In this document: positions 1-14,635 of the stretch, piece after piece
Layout of the letters: the number at the start of each line of letters is the position of its first letter
Numbering within the stretch: position 1 is the stretch's first letter
Origin: Eledone cirrhosa
Lineage: Eukaryota
Assembly: GCA_964016885.1 (NCBI GenBank)
Contig: OZ024741.1
Coordinates: 218,860,001-218,924,000, forward strand
Direction of reading: 5' to 3'
DNA length: 64,000 nt
Program-made: the position numbers and the translations under genes
The notes under the pieces: generated by a model
Database searches by the model: none
What the model saw: only the letters and a program-made list of their open reading frames with translations
What the model was told of the DNA's origin: nothing

Positions 1-214
1 TGTATATGTGTGTATATATGTTTATATCTATCTCGATATGGCTAGATGCGTGTTTCCGTTTATTGGAGTAACAGGATGGAGGGACAGTGCCCATGGCCTT
101 CACAAACCGGATAGATGCTGTGTATGTGTGTGTACGTGTGTATGCATCAGTGTGTGTTTATATATGTGTAGTTGTTTATGTGTAAGTCTATATGTTTACA
201 TTACTCTGTGAGGG

Positions 215-3180
215 TGTGTGTGTGTGTGTTTGAGAGAGTGTATGTGTTTGAGAGTGTGTGTGTTTGAGAGTGTGTGTGTGTTTGAGAGAGTGTATGTGTT
301 TGAGAGTGTGTGTATGTGTTTGAGAGTGTGTATGTGTTTGAGAGTGTGTGTGTGTTTGAGAGAGTGTGTATGTGTTTGCAAGTGTGTGTGTGTTTGAGAG
401 TGTGTGAGTTAGAGAGTGTGTGTGTGTTTGAGAGTGTGTGTATGTGTTTGAGAGAGTGTGTATGTGTTTGAGAGTGTGTATGTGTTTGAGAGTGTGTGTG
501 TGTTTGAGAGTGTGTATGTGTTTGAGAGTGTGTGTGTGTTTGAGTGTGTGTGTGTGTGTTTGAGAGTGTGTATGTGTTTGAGAGTGTGTGTATGTGTTTG
601 AGAGTGTGTGTATGTGTTTGAGAGTGTGTGTGTGTTTGAGAGTGTGTATGTGTTTGAGAGTGTGTGTGTGTTTGAGAGTGTGTGTATGTGTTTGAGAGTG
701 TGTATGTGTTTGAGAGTGTGTGTGTGTTTGAGAGTGTGTGTATGTGTTTGAGAGTGTGTATGTGTTTGAGAGTGCGTATGCGTTTGAGAGTGTGTGTGTG
801 TTTGAGAGTGTGTGTATGTGTTTGAGAGTGTGTGTGTGTTTGAGAGTGTGTGTGTGTTTGAGAATGTGTATGTGTTTGAGATTGTGTATGTGTTTGAGAT
901 TGTGTATGTGTTTGAGTGTGTGTGTGTGTGTTTGAGAGTGTGTATGTGTTTGAGAGTGTGTATGTGTTTGAGAGCGTGTATGTGTTTGAGAGTGTGTGTA
1001 TGTGTTTGAGAGTGTGTGTGTGTTTGAGAGTGTGTATGTGTTTGAGAGTGTGTGTGTGTTTGAGAGTGTGTGTATGTGTTTGAGAGTGTGTATGTGTTTG
1101 AGAGTGCGTATGTGTTTGAGAGTGTGTATGTATTTGAGAGTGTGTATGTGTTTGAGAGTGTGTGTGTGTTTGAGAGTGTGTGTGTGTTTGAGAGTGTGTA
1201 TGTGTTTGAGATTGTGTATGTGTTTGAGATTGTGTATGTGTTTGAGAGTGTGTGTGTGTTTGAGAGTGTGTGTGTTTGAGAGTGTGTATGTGTTTGAGAG
1301 TGTGTGTGTTTGAGAGTGTGTATGTGTTTGAGAGTGTGTGTGTGCTTGAGAGAGTGTGTATGTGTTTGAGAGTGTGTGTGTGTGTTTGAGAGTGTGTATG
1401 TGTTTGAGAGTGTGTGTGTGTGTTTGAGAGTGTGTATGTGTTTGAGAGTGTGTATGTGTTTGAGAGTGTGTGTGTGTTTGAGAGTGTGTATGTGTTTGAG
1501 AGTGTGTGTGTTTGAGAGTGTGTATGTGTTTGAGAGTGTGTATGTGTTTGAGAGTGTGTGTGTTTGAGAGTGTGTATGTGTTTGAGAGTGTGTGTGTGCT
1601 TGAGAGAGTGTGTATGTGTTTGAGAGTGTGTGTGTGTGTTTGAGAGTGTGTATGTGTTTGAGAGTGTGTATGTGTTTGAGAGTGTGTGTGTGTTTGAGAG
1701 TGTGTGTGTGTTTGAGAGTGTGTATGTGTTTGAGAGTGTGTATGTGTTTGAGAGTGTGTATGTGTTTGAGATTGTGTATGTGTTTGAGAGTGTGTGTGTG
1801 TTTGAGAGTGTGTATGTGTTTGAGAGTGTGTATGTGTTTGAGAGTGTGTATGTGTTTGAGAGTGTGTATGTGTTTGAGAGTGTGTATGTGTTTGAGAGTG
1901 TGTGTGTTTGAGAGTGTGTATGTGTTTGAGAGTGTGTATGTGTTTGAGAGTGTGTGTGTGTGTTTGAGAGTGTGTATGTGTTTGAGATTGTGTATGTGTT
2001 TGAGATTGTGTATGTGTTTGAGAGTGTGTGTGTGTTTGAGAGTGTGTATGTGTTTGAGAGTGTGTATGTGTTTGAGAGTGTGTATGTGTTTGAGAGTGTG
2101 TATGTGTTTGAGAGTGTGTATGTGTTTGAGAGTGTGTATGTGTTTGAGAGTGTGTGTGTTTGAGAGTGTGTATGTGTTTGAGAGTGTGTGTGTGCTTGAG
2201 AGAGTGTGTATGTGTTTGAGAGTGTGTGTGTGTGTTTGAGAGTGTGTATGTGTTTGAGAGTGTGTATGTGTTTGAGAGTGTGTGTGTGTTTGAGAGTGTG
2301 TGTGTGTTTGAGAGTGTGTGTGTGTTTGAGAGTGTGTGTATGTGTTTGAGAGTGTGTATGTGTTTGAGAGTGTGTATGTGTTTGAGAGTGTGTATGTGTT
2401 TGAGAGTGTGTGTGTGTTTGAGAGTGTGTGTGTGTTTGAGAGTGTGTATGTGTTTGAGAGTGTGTGTGTGTTTGAGAGTGTGTGTGTTTGAGAGTGTGTA
2501 TGTGTTTGAGAGTGTGTATGTGTTTGAGAGAGTGTGTATGTGTTTGAGAGTGTGTATGTGTTTGAGAGAGTGTGTATGTGTTTGAGAGTGTGTATGTGTT
2601 TGAGAGTGTGTGTGTGTTTGAGAGAGTATGTGTTTGAAGAGTGTGTATGTGTTTGAGAGAGTGTGTGTATGTGTTTGAGAGTGTGTGTGTGTTTGAGAGT
2701 ATGTATGTGTTTGAGAGAGTGTGTATGTGTTTGAGAGAGTGTGTATGTGTTTGAGAGTGTGTATGTGTTTGAGAGTGTGTGTGTTTGAGAGAGTGTGTGT
2801 GTGTTTGAGAGTGTGTATGTGTTTGAGAGTGTGTGTGTTTGAGAGAGTGTGTGTGTGTTTGAGAGTGTGTGTGTTTGAGAGTGTGTGTGTTTGAGAGTGT
2901 GTGTGTGTTTGAGAGTGTGTATGTGTTTGAGAGTGTGTATGTGTTTGAGAGAGTGTGTATGTGTTTGAGAGTGTGTGTGTGTTTGAGAGTGTGTGTGTGT
3001 TTGAGAGTGTGTGTGTGTTTGAGAGTGTGTGTGTGTTTGAGAAAGTGTGTATGTGTTTGAGACAGTGTATGTGTTTGAGAGAGTGTATGTGTTTGAGAGT
3101 GTGTATGTGTTTGAGAGTGTGTGTGTGTTTGAGAGTGTGTGTGTGTTTGAGAGTGTGTGTGTGTTTGAGAGTGTGTGTGC
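215..3180. repeat. Microsatellite-derived satellite, unit ~18-20 bp (GTGTGTATGTGTTTGAGA)
   Basis: Continuous tandem array visible directly; it produces the spurious 1012/1035-aa HT-rich ORFs. Confidence 0.95.
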
Positions 3181-3224
3181 ATATAAGTATATGACTCAGT
3201 ATACATATATGAGTTTGCGTATAC

Positions 3225-3259
<35 letters not shown>

Positions 3260-3262
<3 letters not shown>

Positions 3263-3655
3263 TTATCATCATCATCACTGTTTTACGTCCATTCTTCCAT
3301 GCTAGCATGGATTAGACGGGTTGTCCTACTGTGGGCAGTGCCAGTAGGCTGACCTTGTCTTGCTCATACGGGAACTGATTCTGGCTTGATTCCTACAGCT
3401 GGATGCCCTTCCTAACACCAACCTCATTTACAGTGAGTGGTGGGTACTTTTTGCCATGGCACCTCCACGACCACTTTGTAGTGGAATGATAGGGACCCCA
3501 GTCCCTATCATATCATTTCTACAGCTGAGTAAACTGGAGCAATGTGAAATAAAGTGTCTTGCTCAAGGAAACAACACATCACCCGGTCTGAGAATTGAAC
3601 TCACAACCTTTCGATTGCAAGGTCAATGCTCTAACCACTAAGCCATGTGCCTCCA
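3260..3655 (-). mobile_element. tRNA-derived CORE-SINE with RTE-derived 3' tail
   Basis: On the minus strand: A-box TGGCTTAGTGG, B-box GAGTTCAATTC, and a MIR-like CORE (CCTTGAGCAAGACACTTTATTTCAC...CAGTTTACTCAGCTGTAGAAATG). The tail matches the RTE 3'UTR at 28100-28360 and ends in (GAT)n. Confidence 0.85.
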
Positions 3656-3729
3656 TATATATATATCTTGTTCTCCCCCTCTTTCTGTATGTGTGTGTGG
3701 GTATGTTTGTGTAGTTTCATGTATGTTTG

Positions 3730-5030
3730 TGTTTATGTGAATGTGTGTATATGTGTGAATGTGTATATGTGAATGTGTGTATATGTGAGAATGTGTATAT
3801 GTGAATGTGTGTATATGTGAGAATGTGTATATGTGAATGTGTATATGTGAATGTGTATATGTGAATGTGTGTATATGTGAGAATGTGTTTATGTGAATGT
3901 GTGTATATGTGAGAATGTGTATATGTGAGAATGTGTATATGTGAGAATGTGTATATGTGAATGTGTGTATATGTGAGAATGTGTATATGTGAATGTGTGT
4001 ATATGTGAATGTGTGTATATGTGAATGTGTGTATATGTGAGAATGTGTATATGTGAATGTGTGTATATGTGTGAATGTGTGTATATGTGAATGTGTGTAT
4101 ATGTGAGAATGTGTATATGTGAATATGTGTATATGTGTGAATGTGTATATGTGAATGTGTGTATATGTGTGAATGTGTATATGTGAATGTGTGTATATGT
4201 GAGAATGTGTATATGTGAATGTGTGTATATGTGTGAATGTGTATATGTGAATGTGTATATGTGAATGTGTGTATATGTGAGAATGTGTATATGTGAATGT
4301 GTGTATATGTGTGAATGTGTATATGTGAATGTGTGTATATGTGAGAATGTGTATATGTGAATGTGTGTATATGTGTGAATGTGTGTATATGTGAATGTGT
4401 GTATATGTGAGAATGTGTATATGTGAATGTGTGTATATGTGTGAATGTGTATATGTGAATGTGTGTATATGTGAGAATGTGTATATGTGAACGTGTATAT
4501 GTGAGAATGTGTATATGTGAATGTGTGTATATGTGTGAATGTGTATATGTGAATGTGTGTATATGTGAATGTGTGTATATGTGAATGTGTATATGTGAAT
4601 GTGTGTATATGTGAATGTGTATATGTGAATGTGTATATGTGAATGTGTATATGTGAATGTGTGTATATGTGAATGTGTGTATATGTGAGAATGTGTATAT
4701 GTGAATGTGTGTATATGTGTGAATGTGTATATGTGAATGTGTGTATATGTGAGAATGTGTATATGTGAATGTGTGTATATGTGTGAATGTGTATATGTGA
4801 ATGTGTGTATATGTGAGAATGTGTATATGTGAATGTGTATATGTGAATGTGTGTATATGTGAATGTGTGTATATGTGAGAATGTGTTTATGTGAATGTGT
4901 GTATATGTGAGAATGTGTATATGTGAATGTGTGTATATGTGTGAATGTGTATATGTGAATGTGTGTGCATGTGTGTATGTGAATGTGTGTGTATGTGTGA
5001 ATGTGTGTATATGTGAATGTGTGAATGCGT
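3730..5030. repeat. Satellite of (GTGAATGTGTATAT)-like 14-16 bp units
   Basis: Direct tandem array. Confidence 0.9.
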
Positions 5031-5063
5031 ATGCATATTTGAGTCAGTGGAGAGAGAGAGAGA

Positions 5064-5129
<66 letters not shown>

Positions 5130-5215
5130 GAGGTGGAGTGAAATAATTTAAGTGGTTGTTGATGTTTATGTCTGCGCGTGTCTTTGAGATAAACTGTTTG
5201 CGTGTGTTTATTTAG

Positions 5216-5678
5216 TGGTTGCCTAGTTAACTTTGAAGGTAGCACGTCTCTAAGGTCTGTGCCCTAGGTGGGTGCCTAGTTAACTTTGAAGGTAGCACGT
5301 CTCTAAGGTCTGTGCCCTAGGTGGGTGCCTAGTTCACTTTGAAGGTAGCACGTCTCTAAGGTCTGTGCCCTAGGTGGTTGCCTAGTTAACTTTGAAGGTA
5401 GCACGTCTCTAAGGTATGTGCCCTAGGTGGGTGCCTAGTTAACTTTGAAGGTAGCACGTCTCTAAGGTCTGTGCCCTAGGTGGGTGCCTAGTTAACTTTG
5501 AAGGTAGCACGTCTCTAAGGTCTGTGCCCTAGGTGGGTGCCTAGTTAACTTTGAAGGTAGCACAGCACGTCTCTAAGGTCTGTGCCCTAGGTGGGTGCCT
5601 AGTTAACTTTGAAGGTAGCACGTCTCTAAGGTCTGTGCCCTAGGTGGGTGCCTAGTTAACTTTGAAGGTAGCACGTCT
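5216..5678. repeat. 53-bp minisatellite, ~8.7 near-identical copies
   Basis: Unit GTGGGTGCCTAGTTAACTTTGAAGGTAGCACGTCTCTAAGGTCTGTGCCCTAG; no unique spacers. Confidence 0.95.
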
Positions 5679-5821
5679 GAGGCCTGCGCCTTAGTTGGCC
5701 TTAATGGTAGGACTGGCCTTTCACATATATTAATACTAATTCTAGACATATATTTAGATATTTCCACATTGCTGCTAAGCCCACCATCTGAGCCAGATAC
5801 TTATTATAACCCTAATACAAC

Positions 5822-6500
5822 CAGAGCTGGATTTAGACCAGGATGGGGGGGAGGGCACTTCCAGATTTTGGGGGGAGGGGCGTCCTCATACAAAAAAAAA
5901 AAGAATTAGAATACACAGCACACCCTCAATTTTACATAGCAAACTCAGTTTGCCACAAATAATAGTAATTGAATGGAGAAGGCGTTTCCCTTGAGGCCAA
6001 CAAGGGAGATGCACGCCTTCTCCATTCTGTCCACCGGTGCTGTGGGGAGGCCACCAATATGATTGACTGACTTGTCATTTTATCAGTCAACTGTTGCTGT
6101 CATTAGATAACTAGGTATCTATAGATGAATGCTGATACTCGTTTGGTTTTCTCGATCTTACAAACATCTTACACATCTCTTCACATATAAAGATTTATCT
6201 AACGATATGTAGCATTACTTATATATCAATATCTTCTGTAATTCAAATTAGACACAAATTGTCCACTGCTCATATTTGAGGCTTTCTTTTACCTTTCTAT
6301 GCAATTCTATTTGAATTTACTTGCATATAGTAATTGAAAAATTATACATACAGCTATTAAATTAAAAAAATATAACCATCCTAAAACTAAAAAGCCCAAC
6401 AGAGTGTATAAATAAATTGCTACATCCATCACTGGTGGGAACCCCCACTGCAGGTGGCCTGGGGCAATTGCTCCCTCTGCCCCCTATTAAATCCTGCCCT
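5822..6500. mobile_element. Possible degenerate PIF/Harbinger-type MITE
   Basis: Ends CAGAGCTGGATTTA and TTAAATCCTGCCCT resemble imperfect AGGGCCGGATTTA-type TIRs; no ORF inside. Confidence 0.4.
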
Positions 6501-7862
6501 ACATACTACCACTTACACTATCAACCATCACCCTTGACAAGCTGGGAATAAAATAGCTAAGGCAAACTCCTACATTTGTATCAAGCAACAGCTACAACCA
6601 ATTATATATATAATGGGTTTATTCCCTTAGCAAGGTCAGATTAAATCCTCCTAAGGTCCCTTAAGTACTTAAAAGATTATGGAGACCTCCCCACCACCAC
6701 CACCATCATATATAAAGTCTGCAATTTTCTTTTAACGAGACACAATTAAATTGAATGAAACAGTGCTCCCTTTCCCCAGATGCCTCAAGCAGATGATTGT
6801 TTTGTGCTTGATGGTAAATCCAGCCGTGACCCCCACTATATAAAACGTTTATTACACCCTGCTATTATATAGAGAAACGTTCTGTAGATTTTCAACCTTT
6901 TACTGATCCTCAAGTTAATAATTGTTATAATTATATATGTGTGTATGAGTGTATATGTGTGATTATATATATGTCTGTATGAGTGTATATGTGTGATTAT
7001 ATATATGTCTGTATGAGTGTATATGTGTGATTATATATATGTGTGTATGAGTGTATATGTGTGATTATATATATGTCTGTATGAGTGTATATGTGTGATT
7101 ATATATATGTGTGTATGAGTGTATATGTGTGATTATATATATGTCTGTATGAGTGTATATGTGTGATTATATATATGTGTGTATGAGTGTATATGTGTGA
7201 TTATATATATGTGTGTATGAGTGTATATGTGTGATTATATATATGTCTGTATGAGTGGTGTGTATGTGTGTTTATATATATGTATGTGTGTGTGTATGCT
7301 TATGTATGTGTGTGTGTGTAATTATAAGTATATATATGTGTGTGTATGTATGTGTGTGTAAGTATATGTATATGTATGTGTGTGTGTACGTATATGTATG
7401 TGTGTGTAAAAGTAGAAACAATTATAATTGTGTGTATGAGTGTGTATGTGCGTTTAGATATATGTCTGTATGTGTGTTTATATATATGTATGTGTGTGTA
7501 TGCTTATGTGTGTGTGTATGTGTGTGTGTGTGTGTAAGTATATGTATCTATATGTGTGTATGAGTGTTTATACATATGTCTGTATGAGTGTGTATGTGTA
7601 TAAGTATGTGTGAGTGTGTAATTATAAGTATATATATGTGTAAGTATATGTATATGTGTGTGTGTGTATGTATATGTATGTGTGTATATGTGTGTGTATG
7701 TATATATGTGTGTGTGTGTAAGCATATGTATAAGTATATAAGTGATGTTGGTGGTGATGGTGATGGTGGTTATGGTGTTGGTGATGGTGGTGGTAGTGGT
7801 GTTGGTGGTCTTGTTGGTGGTGATGGTGGTGGTGGTGATGATGATGATGGTGGTGGTGGTGG

Positions 7863-7893
<31 letters not shown>

Positions 7894-8380
7894 ACTGTTA
7901 TTACTGTTGTTTGTGATTATGATGGTGGTGGTGGTGGTGTTGTTGGTGGTGGTAGTGCTGTTATTACTGTTGTTGTTGTTGGGGTGGTGGTGGTGATGGT
8001 GGTGGTAGTGCTGTTATTACTGATGTCGGGTGGGGGTGTTTTATTGGTGGGGTGGGGGGGTTGTAGGTGATGGTTGTATTTGTATTGTTGGTGATGCTGA
8101 TGATGAGTACAAGGAAGATGGTGACAATGATAATGATGATGATTTGTTACATTAGCAGTAGAGAACAATAGCCGGGTGTGTGTGGGGGAGGGCACCTGAC
8201 TGATGGCAGAGTCAGTTGCCTTGATAGGCAGCTGTTCCCTCCCTCACCTCCCTCCTGCTTTACTGAATGAAACTAAATACTACAAGAAGATGACATAGTT
8301 TTAACTCTCTCCTCTCTACCTTAACTGACTCAGTGCAAATATAATGTATGACAACCTTATACATACAAAGATTTCTACTT

Positions 8381-8665
8381 TTCTGGGCGGTAGGGGAATG
8401 TCTATTACTACCTTTAGGTACAGTACCAGTAATTCTAGGGGGCTAGGGGAATGTCTATTACTACCTTTAGGTACAGTACCAGTAATTCTGGGCGGTAGGG
8501 GAATGTCTATTACTACCTTTAGGTACAGTACCAGTAATTCTGGGCGGTAGGGGAATGTCTATTACTACCTTTAGGTACAGTACCAGTAATTCTAGGGGGC
8601 TAGGGGAATGTCTATTACTATCTTTAGGTACAGTACCAGTAATGCTAGGGGGCTAGGGGAAAGAC
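8381..8665. repeat. ~52-bp minisatellite, ~5.5 copies
   Basis: Unit TCTGGGCGGTAGGGGAATGTCTATTACTACCTTTAGGTACAGTACCAGTAAT, with two interspersed variants. Confidence 0.9.
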
Positions 8666-9514
8666 TAGTATTACCTTTAGACACAAACACATGATTCTAG
8701 GAGGTTTGGGGAAAGTGTACCATATTGACCCCCAGTATTTAACTGGTACTTTGTTTTAATAAATACACCCTACAAAACCCCACCCACCCATATGCCAGAA
8801 GGACGAAAGGTAAAGCTGACCTTGGAGGGATTTGAACTCAGAACATATAGGGCCCGAACAAAATACATGAGGAGCATGAGGAGCCAGTTAGCACTGGTTT
8901 GAACAGAAAGAGGTGAGAGAATTCTGGCTGGATACGGCCGGTTTAAATGCTAAAGGGTTAAATCAACCACCTTTTAAATGGTATTTTATCACCACCACCA
9001 CCACCACCACCATCGCAACCACCACCACAGCCAACGCAACCACCACCACAGCCACCACCACCACCACAGCCACCACCACCACCACCACCACCACCACAGC
9101 CACCACCACCACCACCACCACCACCACAGCCACCACCACCACAGCCACCACCACCACCACCACCACCAACACAACCACCACCACAGCCACCACCACCACC
9201 ACCAACACAACCACCACCACAGCCACCACCACCACCACCACTACCACTAGCCACCTCCAAAAGGATGATATGCAAAGTTGACCTCGGCAGGATTTGAACT
9301 CACAACAGAAAGGACCGGAACAAATAACGTCTGTTTAATGTTCTAATTATTCTTTTTAAGAAAAGGGCTGAAATACTGCACAGGAAGACAGGGGAAGGAC
9401 TATCGTCCGAAACGTTAAGACCCTCTTCCTGCTATATCAAGCGTTAACCTAATATATCCCTTCCATATACTGTACCGATTGTGTTGTTATTTCTGTTTAT
9501 CTTTTACATACATA

Positions 9515-9700
9515 TGTTGTTGTTGTTGTTACAGCTCACACCTATGCAGGTTTAGCTGGCCTCCTCCAAGGTATATCTCGTTGGAGGTGTCTTGGGTGAT
9601 TTAATGATAGGGACCCCAGTCCTATCATCTCATTTCTACAGCTGAGTAAACTGGAGCAATGTGAAATAAAGTGTCTTGCTCAAGGAAACAACACATCACC
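9515..9700 (-). mobile_element. 5'-truncated CORE-SINE with the (CAA)n-ending tail
   Basis: Near-identical to the body and tail of the copy at 62108-62340. Confidence 0.85.
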
Positions 9701-10907
9701 CTATAATTAGCACTATATATTACATTATTTTCAATAATCTAACAAAATTTTTAACTGATATCCTTTTAAAACTCCTTTAAAAAAAAAAAAAAAAATGATT
9801 TATGTAGATTCTTATTCGAAAATATAATTCCCTACAGGGAAAACTTCATTCTAACCACTCTAACACAATACAATACTTATGCAAACTTTAATATTTTCTT
9901 ACCTATATAATATTTTATCTATATTATATCTAAATTTCACTTCCATTTGGTTTCATTTATATTCCTCAACTTATTATATTATATTATATTATATATTTTT
10001 AGAACAAATTATTCCTCACAACAAAGAAATAACTAACTTTATAAGATTGTTCTATTCCATTCTACTTGATGTAACACACTCATCTCAGTACCCCTTTTCC
10101 TCCAACCATAATTTCCTTTGACCATCAACACTGTTATATACAATATGTCTAAATTCATTTACACTAACAACTTTCATTTCTTTTCTTAAAAGACATTTGA
10201 TACCTTAGCCACTGACCGCCTATTTATTCATCTACTACCTACTTTAAGGATCTATACTGCCCCTTTCCATCCTTAACATTGGTCAATTTCAACCTGGTTA
10301 TAAAACCTTACTTATTCATATGTATGTTTTATTGTATTCTTCAATAAACGAAACTCATTCAAATCCCTCGAGGTTAACTTTGCCTTTCATCCTTACCGGT
10401 GGGAGGGGGGAAGGGGGGGTGGGGTCGATAAAATAAAGTACCAGTAATGCACTGGTTAACTGCTGGCCTTGTGTCAAAATTAGAAACAATTATTTCAATT
10501 ACTTCAGTGAAGACATGTATTTTTTTCTTACTATGATATTTTGTAATATATTTTACATAGATCAATAATTGAATGAACATGAGAACTACCCCCCAGAAAC
10601 GATCGTAAAATAATGAGTTTTACTATGAATTAACCGTTTTTTGTTTAATTTAATTGTTTTAATATTTCTATTTTTGACTCTGTATCCAATGAATTATATC
10701 GTTGAAAATTTTGAATTTTAAACTTTGCTTCATGACATTTACATACGGATTACATTGAGTTCTTCATACGGTTTAGACCCTACCATTGATTGGTAGATTT
10801 ATCTGTATATATATATACAGATAAATCTACCAATCAATATATCGGGGTCGATAAAATAAAGTACCAGTAATGAACTGGGTACTTGCTGGCCTTGTGCCTA
10901 AAGTAGA

Positions 10908-10945
<38 letters not shown>

Positions 10946-11008
10946 TATATAAATATAAAATATTAAACAAATAATGAATAAACAATTCCTTATATTAAAC
11001 AAAAAAAG

Positions 11009-11163
11009 TTCATTATTTAACGATCGTTTCTAGGGTATATATGTGTTATAATTGGTATGCATATTCAACAGATCTATGTACAAAATTATACAAAATTATA
11101 CAAATTATCAAGATTAAATATACATACCTAACACATATATACGCCGTCTTCAGAAATAATGAA
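11009..11163 (-). ncRNA. Type I hammerhead ribozyme motif (inverted copy of 15456-15610)
   Basis: Reverse complement of the HHR at 15456-15610. Confidence 0.7.
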
Positions 11164-11516
11164 GTATATTTATTGATAATAACAACAATTCAAAATATCA
11201 GTTCAAAATTGACCAATGAAAATACAAAGGGTTAAAAGCAGTTCGGTGTGTGTATATACATGTAAAATCCTTACACATATTTTACAAAAATGTGTGTATA
11301 ATTTGTATACGCATACTAAAAAGATGGATGCAAACACAAAATTTCAAGGTTAATATCTCTGTAAGCTTAAAATGCGCTGATAAGATGCGCATTGATACTT
11401 ATGGAGTCAAGCATATAAATATATTTTTTCATACTCACACATATCAGTATAATCACACATACATGCGCGTATATGCATAAATATACACATAACCACGAAC
11501 ATACAAACACACACAC

Positions 11517-11885
11517 ATAGTCTATAAATGTAATGTTAAAACTAAAGATTCTATTTGCTCATATATAGGAGCTACCTCTAACAATTTTAAGACAAGGTTT
11601 AATACCCACAAGCATAGTTTTAAAAATGCCGCACTGGCTAATACAACATCTCTAGCAGAAAAAATCAATAGTTATAAAAATAAGAATATAAAATATGATT
11701 TGACCTGGAGTGTGCTCAAAAGAGCCACCCCTTATCAAAATAATAGAAAGGAATGTAGATTATGTTCCCAAGAACTATTTGAAATAATGAAGTCTAAGGA
11801 TATCTTATTAAATAAACGACAGGAATTAATTATATCGTGTAATCATAAACTAAAAAAAACATTTAAATATTATAAACCTAATTAA
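11517..11885 (+). pseudogene. PLE C-terminal GIY-YIG endonuclease remnant
   Basis: Translates IVYKCNVKTKDSICSYIGATSNNFKTRFNTHKHSF...LTWSVLKRATPY...CRLCSQE...LLNKRQELIISCNHK; homologous to the C-terminus at 38338-38700. Confidence 0.9.
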
Positions 11886-13587
11886 TAACATTATTCTAGA
11901 AATTAATTTAATTTAAATGTTAGTTAACCTATAAATTTAATTTAATTAATATTTTATTACAGATGAGAAAATATTATGTAATCATAAATTGTGAAAAACC
12001 TTTAAATATTACTAATATATACTTAGTAATTTAATTTATAGATTAATTTTAATTTATTTAAACCTTTTATTATAATTCTTTTACAGATAAAATATAACAA
12101 AATAATATCATGTATCCAATGACAGAGAAATAATTTTTAGTATTATAGACCTAATTAATATACATTTTGGAAATATATTTATTATTTGGTTTTAGTTTTA
12201 ATCAACCTAAAAATTTTAATTTTAATTTGCTTAAAATTAGTATCCTTATACAGACGAATTGCAGAATGTCATGTAATCATAGAATGGGATGTGTTTTGGA
12301 TATATACCTAGTTAATATATTCTGTGCAATTTTTTGAAAAAGATATGTATATGTATATGTGTATGTATATGTGTGTGTTGTGTATGTGTATCTGTATGTA
12401 TGTATATATGTGTATATATGTATATATATATATATATATGTGTGTATATGTATGTATATGTGTATGTGTATGTATATGTATATGTATGCGTATTAATTTT
12501 GATTTCTATTTGCATATAATTATATTATGCTATTGATGAAATACAATATCTGCTTTATGTATTGTATACCTAATTAACATATACTAATTAACGTATACTA
12601 TTGAAATAAATATATAATTTTTAATTTAGTTAACATATAATTTATATGCTACTACCGATGTAATACTTTATTTTATTTTTATTTGGGTTTCTTTTCCCTA
12701 TTACTAAATTCATCTCCTAATATTGATACCATAACGTTATTAACTTTAATTTAGTTATACTGTAATTAATAATCTACTACTGTTTGACTTCAAAATTCTG
12801 CTTCAAATATTATAAACCTAACTAATTTACACCTTAGAAATCAATATGTTGACTATCTTTGGTTTAGTTAACATATGATTAATGGTATACTTATTTATTT
12901 TGAGATGCATAGATTTCGTATTTCCTAGCACTGAAAATATGTAAGAACATACATTGAATTAAGATACGGAAAATATTATATGTTTCTTGAAACATATATT
13001 TACTTTGATCCCCTTCTCCAAACCCCCCCTTTCCCCCATACTATTATCATCTGTATTTGTAAGCGTCTATGTATGAATATATATGTAGGTAGGTGTCTAT
13101 ATAGGTTTGGGTATTTATATCTAAATATAAAAATACATATATGAGCATGCAAATATGAATGTAAGATTGTGTGTGTATATATGATTGTACATACATATGT
13201 ATGTATATATATGTATATATATGCATTATATATGTATGTGTATGTGAATGTGTTGTATGTATATGTGTATGTATGTGTATATATGTGTATGTATGTGTAT
13301 GCTTGTATATATAGGAATATATATATGTGTATATATGTATGTATATGTATATGCGTGTATGTATGTATGTGTATGTGTGTTGTGTATATATATGTATGTC
13401 TCTCTATTTATATGTTTATCTTCGTATCTATGTGATATATGTGTGTGTGTGTGCACGTATGCATATGTATGTGTTTGTGTGTGTTTGTATGTGTGTGTGT
13501 ATATATGTGTATGTGCGCACACACACATACACATATATATATATATATGTGAGTGTGTATGTGTGTCTGTGTGTGTGTGTGTGTGTG

Positions 13588-13633
<46 letters not shown>

Positions 13634-13935
13634 GATATATATATATATATATATAGGTGTCTATGTGTGAATATATGTCTTTATTCGTATGTGTGTATTT
13701 ATGTATGTATATGTTTATGTGTATGTATGTATGTGTATGTATGTATGTATATATATATATATATATATATGTATATGTATATATATATATGTATATTATT
13801 CTTTATTATTATAATATAACTTATGTGTATATGTGTATAAGTGAGGTTGTGTATGTATATATAATATGTGTATATATAAGAGTAATAAAATATATATATA
13901 TATATATATGTGCATATCTGTTTTTTATGTGTGTG

Positions 13936-13971
<36 letters not shown>

Positions 13972-14095
13972 TATACGTGTGTGTATATAGATATATATAT
14001 ATATACATGTGGGTGTTTGTATGTGTATTTATGGTGGTATGAGTGTGTGGATATATATGTTTATATATATATATATATATATATGTATGAGTCTA

Positions 14096-14144
<49 letters not shown>

Positions 14145-14443
14145 ATATATATGTGTGTATATATATATATATGTGTGTGTATGTGTGTATATATATATAT
14201 CTCTATTAATGCGTGTGTGTATGTATATACATATGCCTTTTTATTATTATTTTTATTTGTATGTCTGAGTTTGGTGAGGTTGTATTGTTTTTTATGTATA
14301 TACACATATATGGAAGCGTATGTATTTATATATATGAGTATAAGTAGGTGCATATGTATGTATGATTATATATCTAATTCTATGTATGAAGGTACATCTA
14401 TATATATATATATACGTGTGTATGTATCTATATGTCTATGTGA

Positions 14444-14495
<52 letters not shown>

Positions 14496-14584
14496 CGATG
14501 TGCGTATATGTATGTACATGTATGTACATGTATGTGTGTATGTATGTGTATGTATATTTAGATGTATGTGTATGTATATGTATA

Positions 14585-14635
<51 letters not shown>

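Noticed and set aside
188-5245. Very long His/Thr-rich ORFs (1012, 1035 and 535 aa), and similar ORFs at 28.6-30.3 kb and 59.8-60.7 kb
   Set aside because: They are translations of stop-free simple repeats, open in several frames at once, with no protein features.
5216-5678. CRISPR-like appearance of regular repeats (also at 8381, 17026 and 42321)
   Set aside because: Units are contiguous with no unique spacers, there are no cas genes, and the context is eukaryotic.
8913-9281. Poly-Thr/His/Val ORFs (also at 7.7-8.1, 22.4-23.2 and 30.5-31.1 kb)
   Set aside because: These are (CAC/GTG)n trinucleotide tracts.
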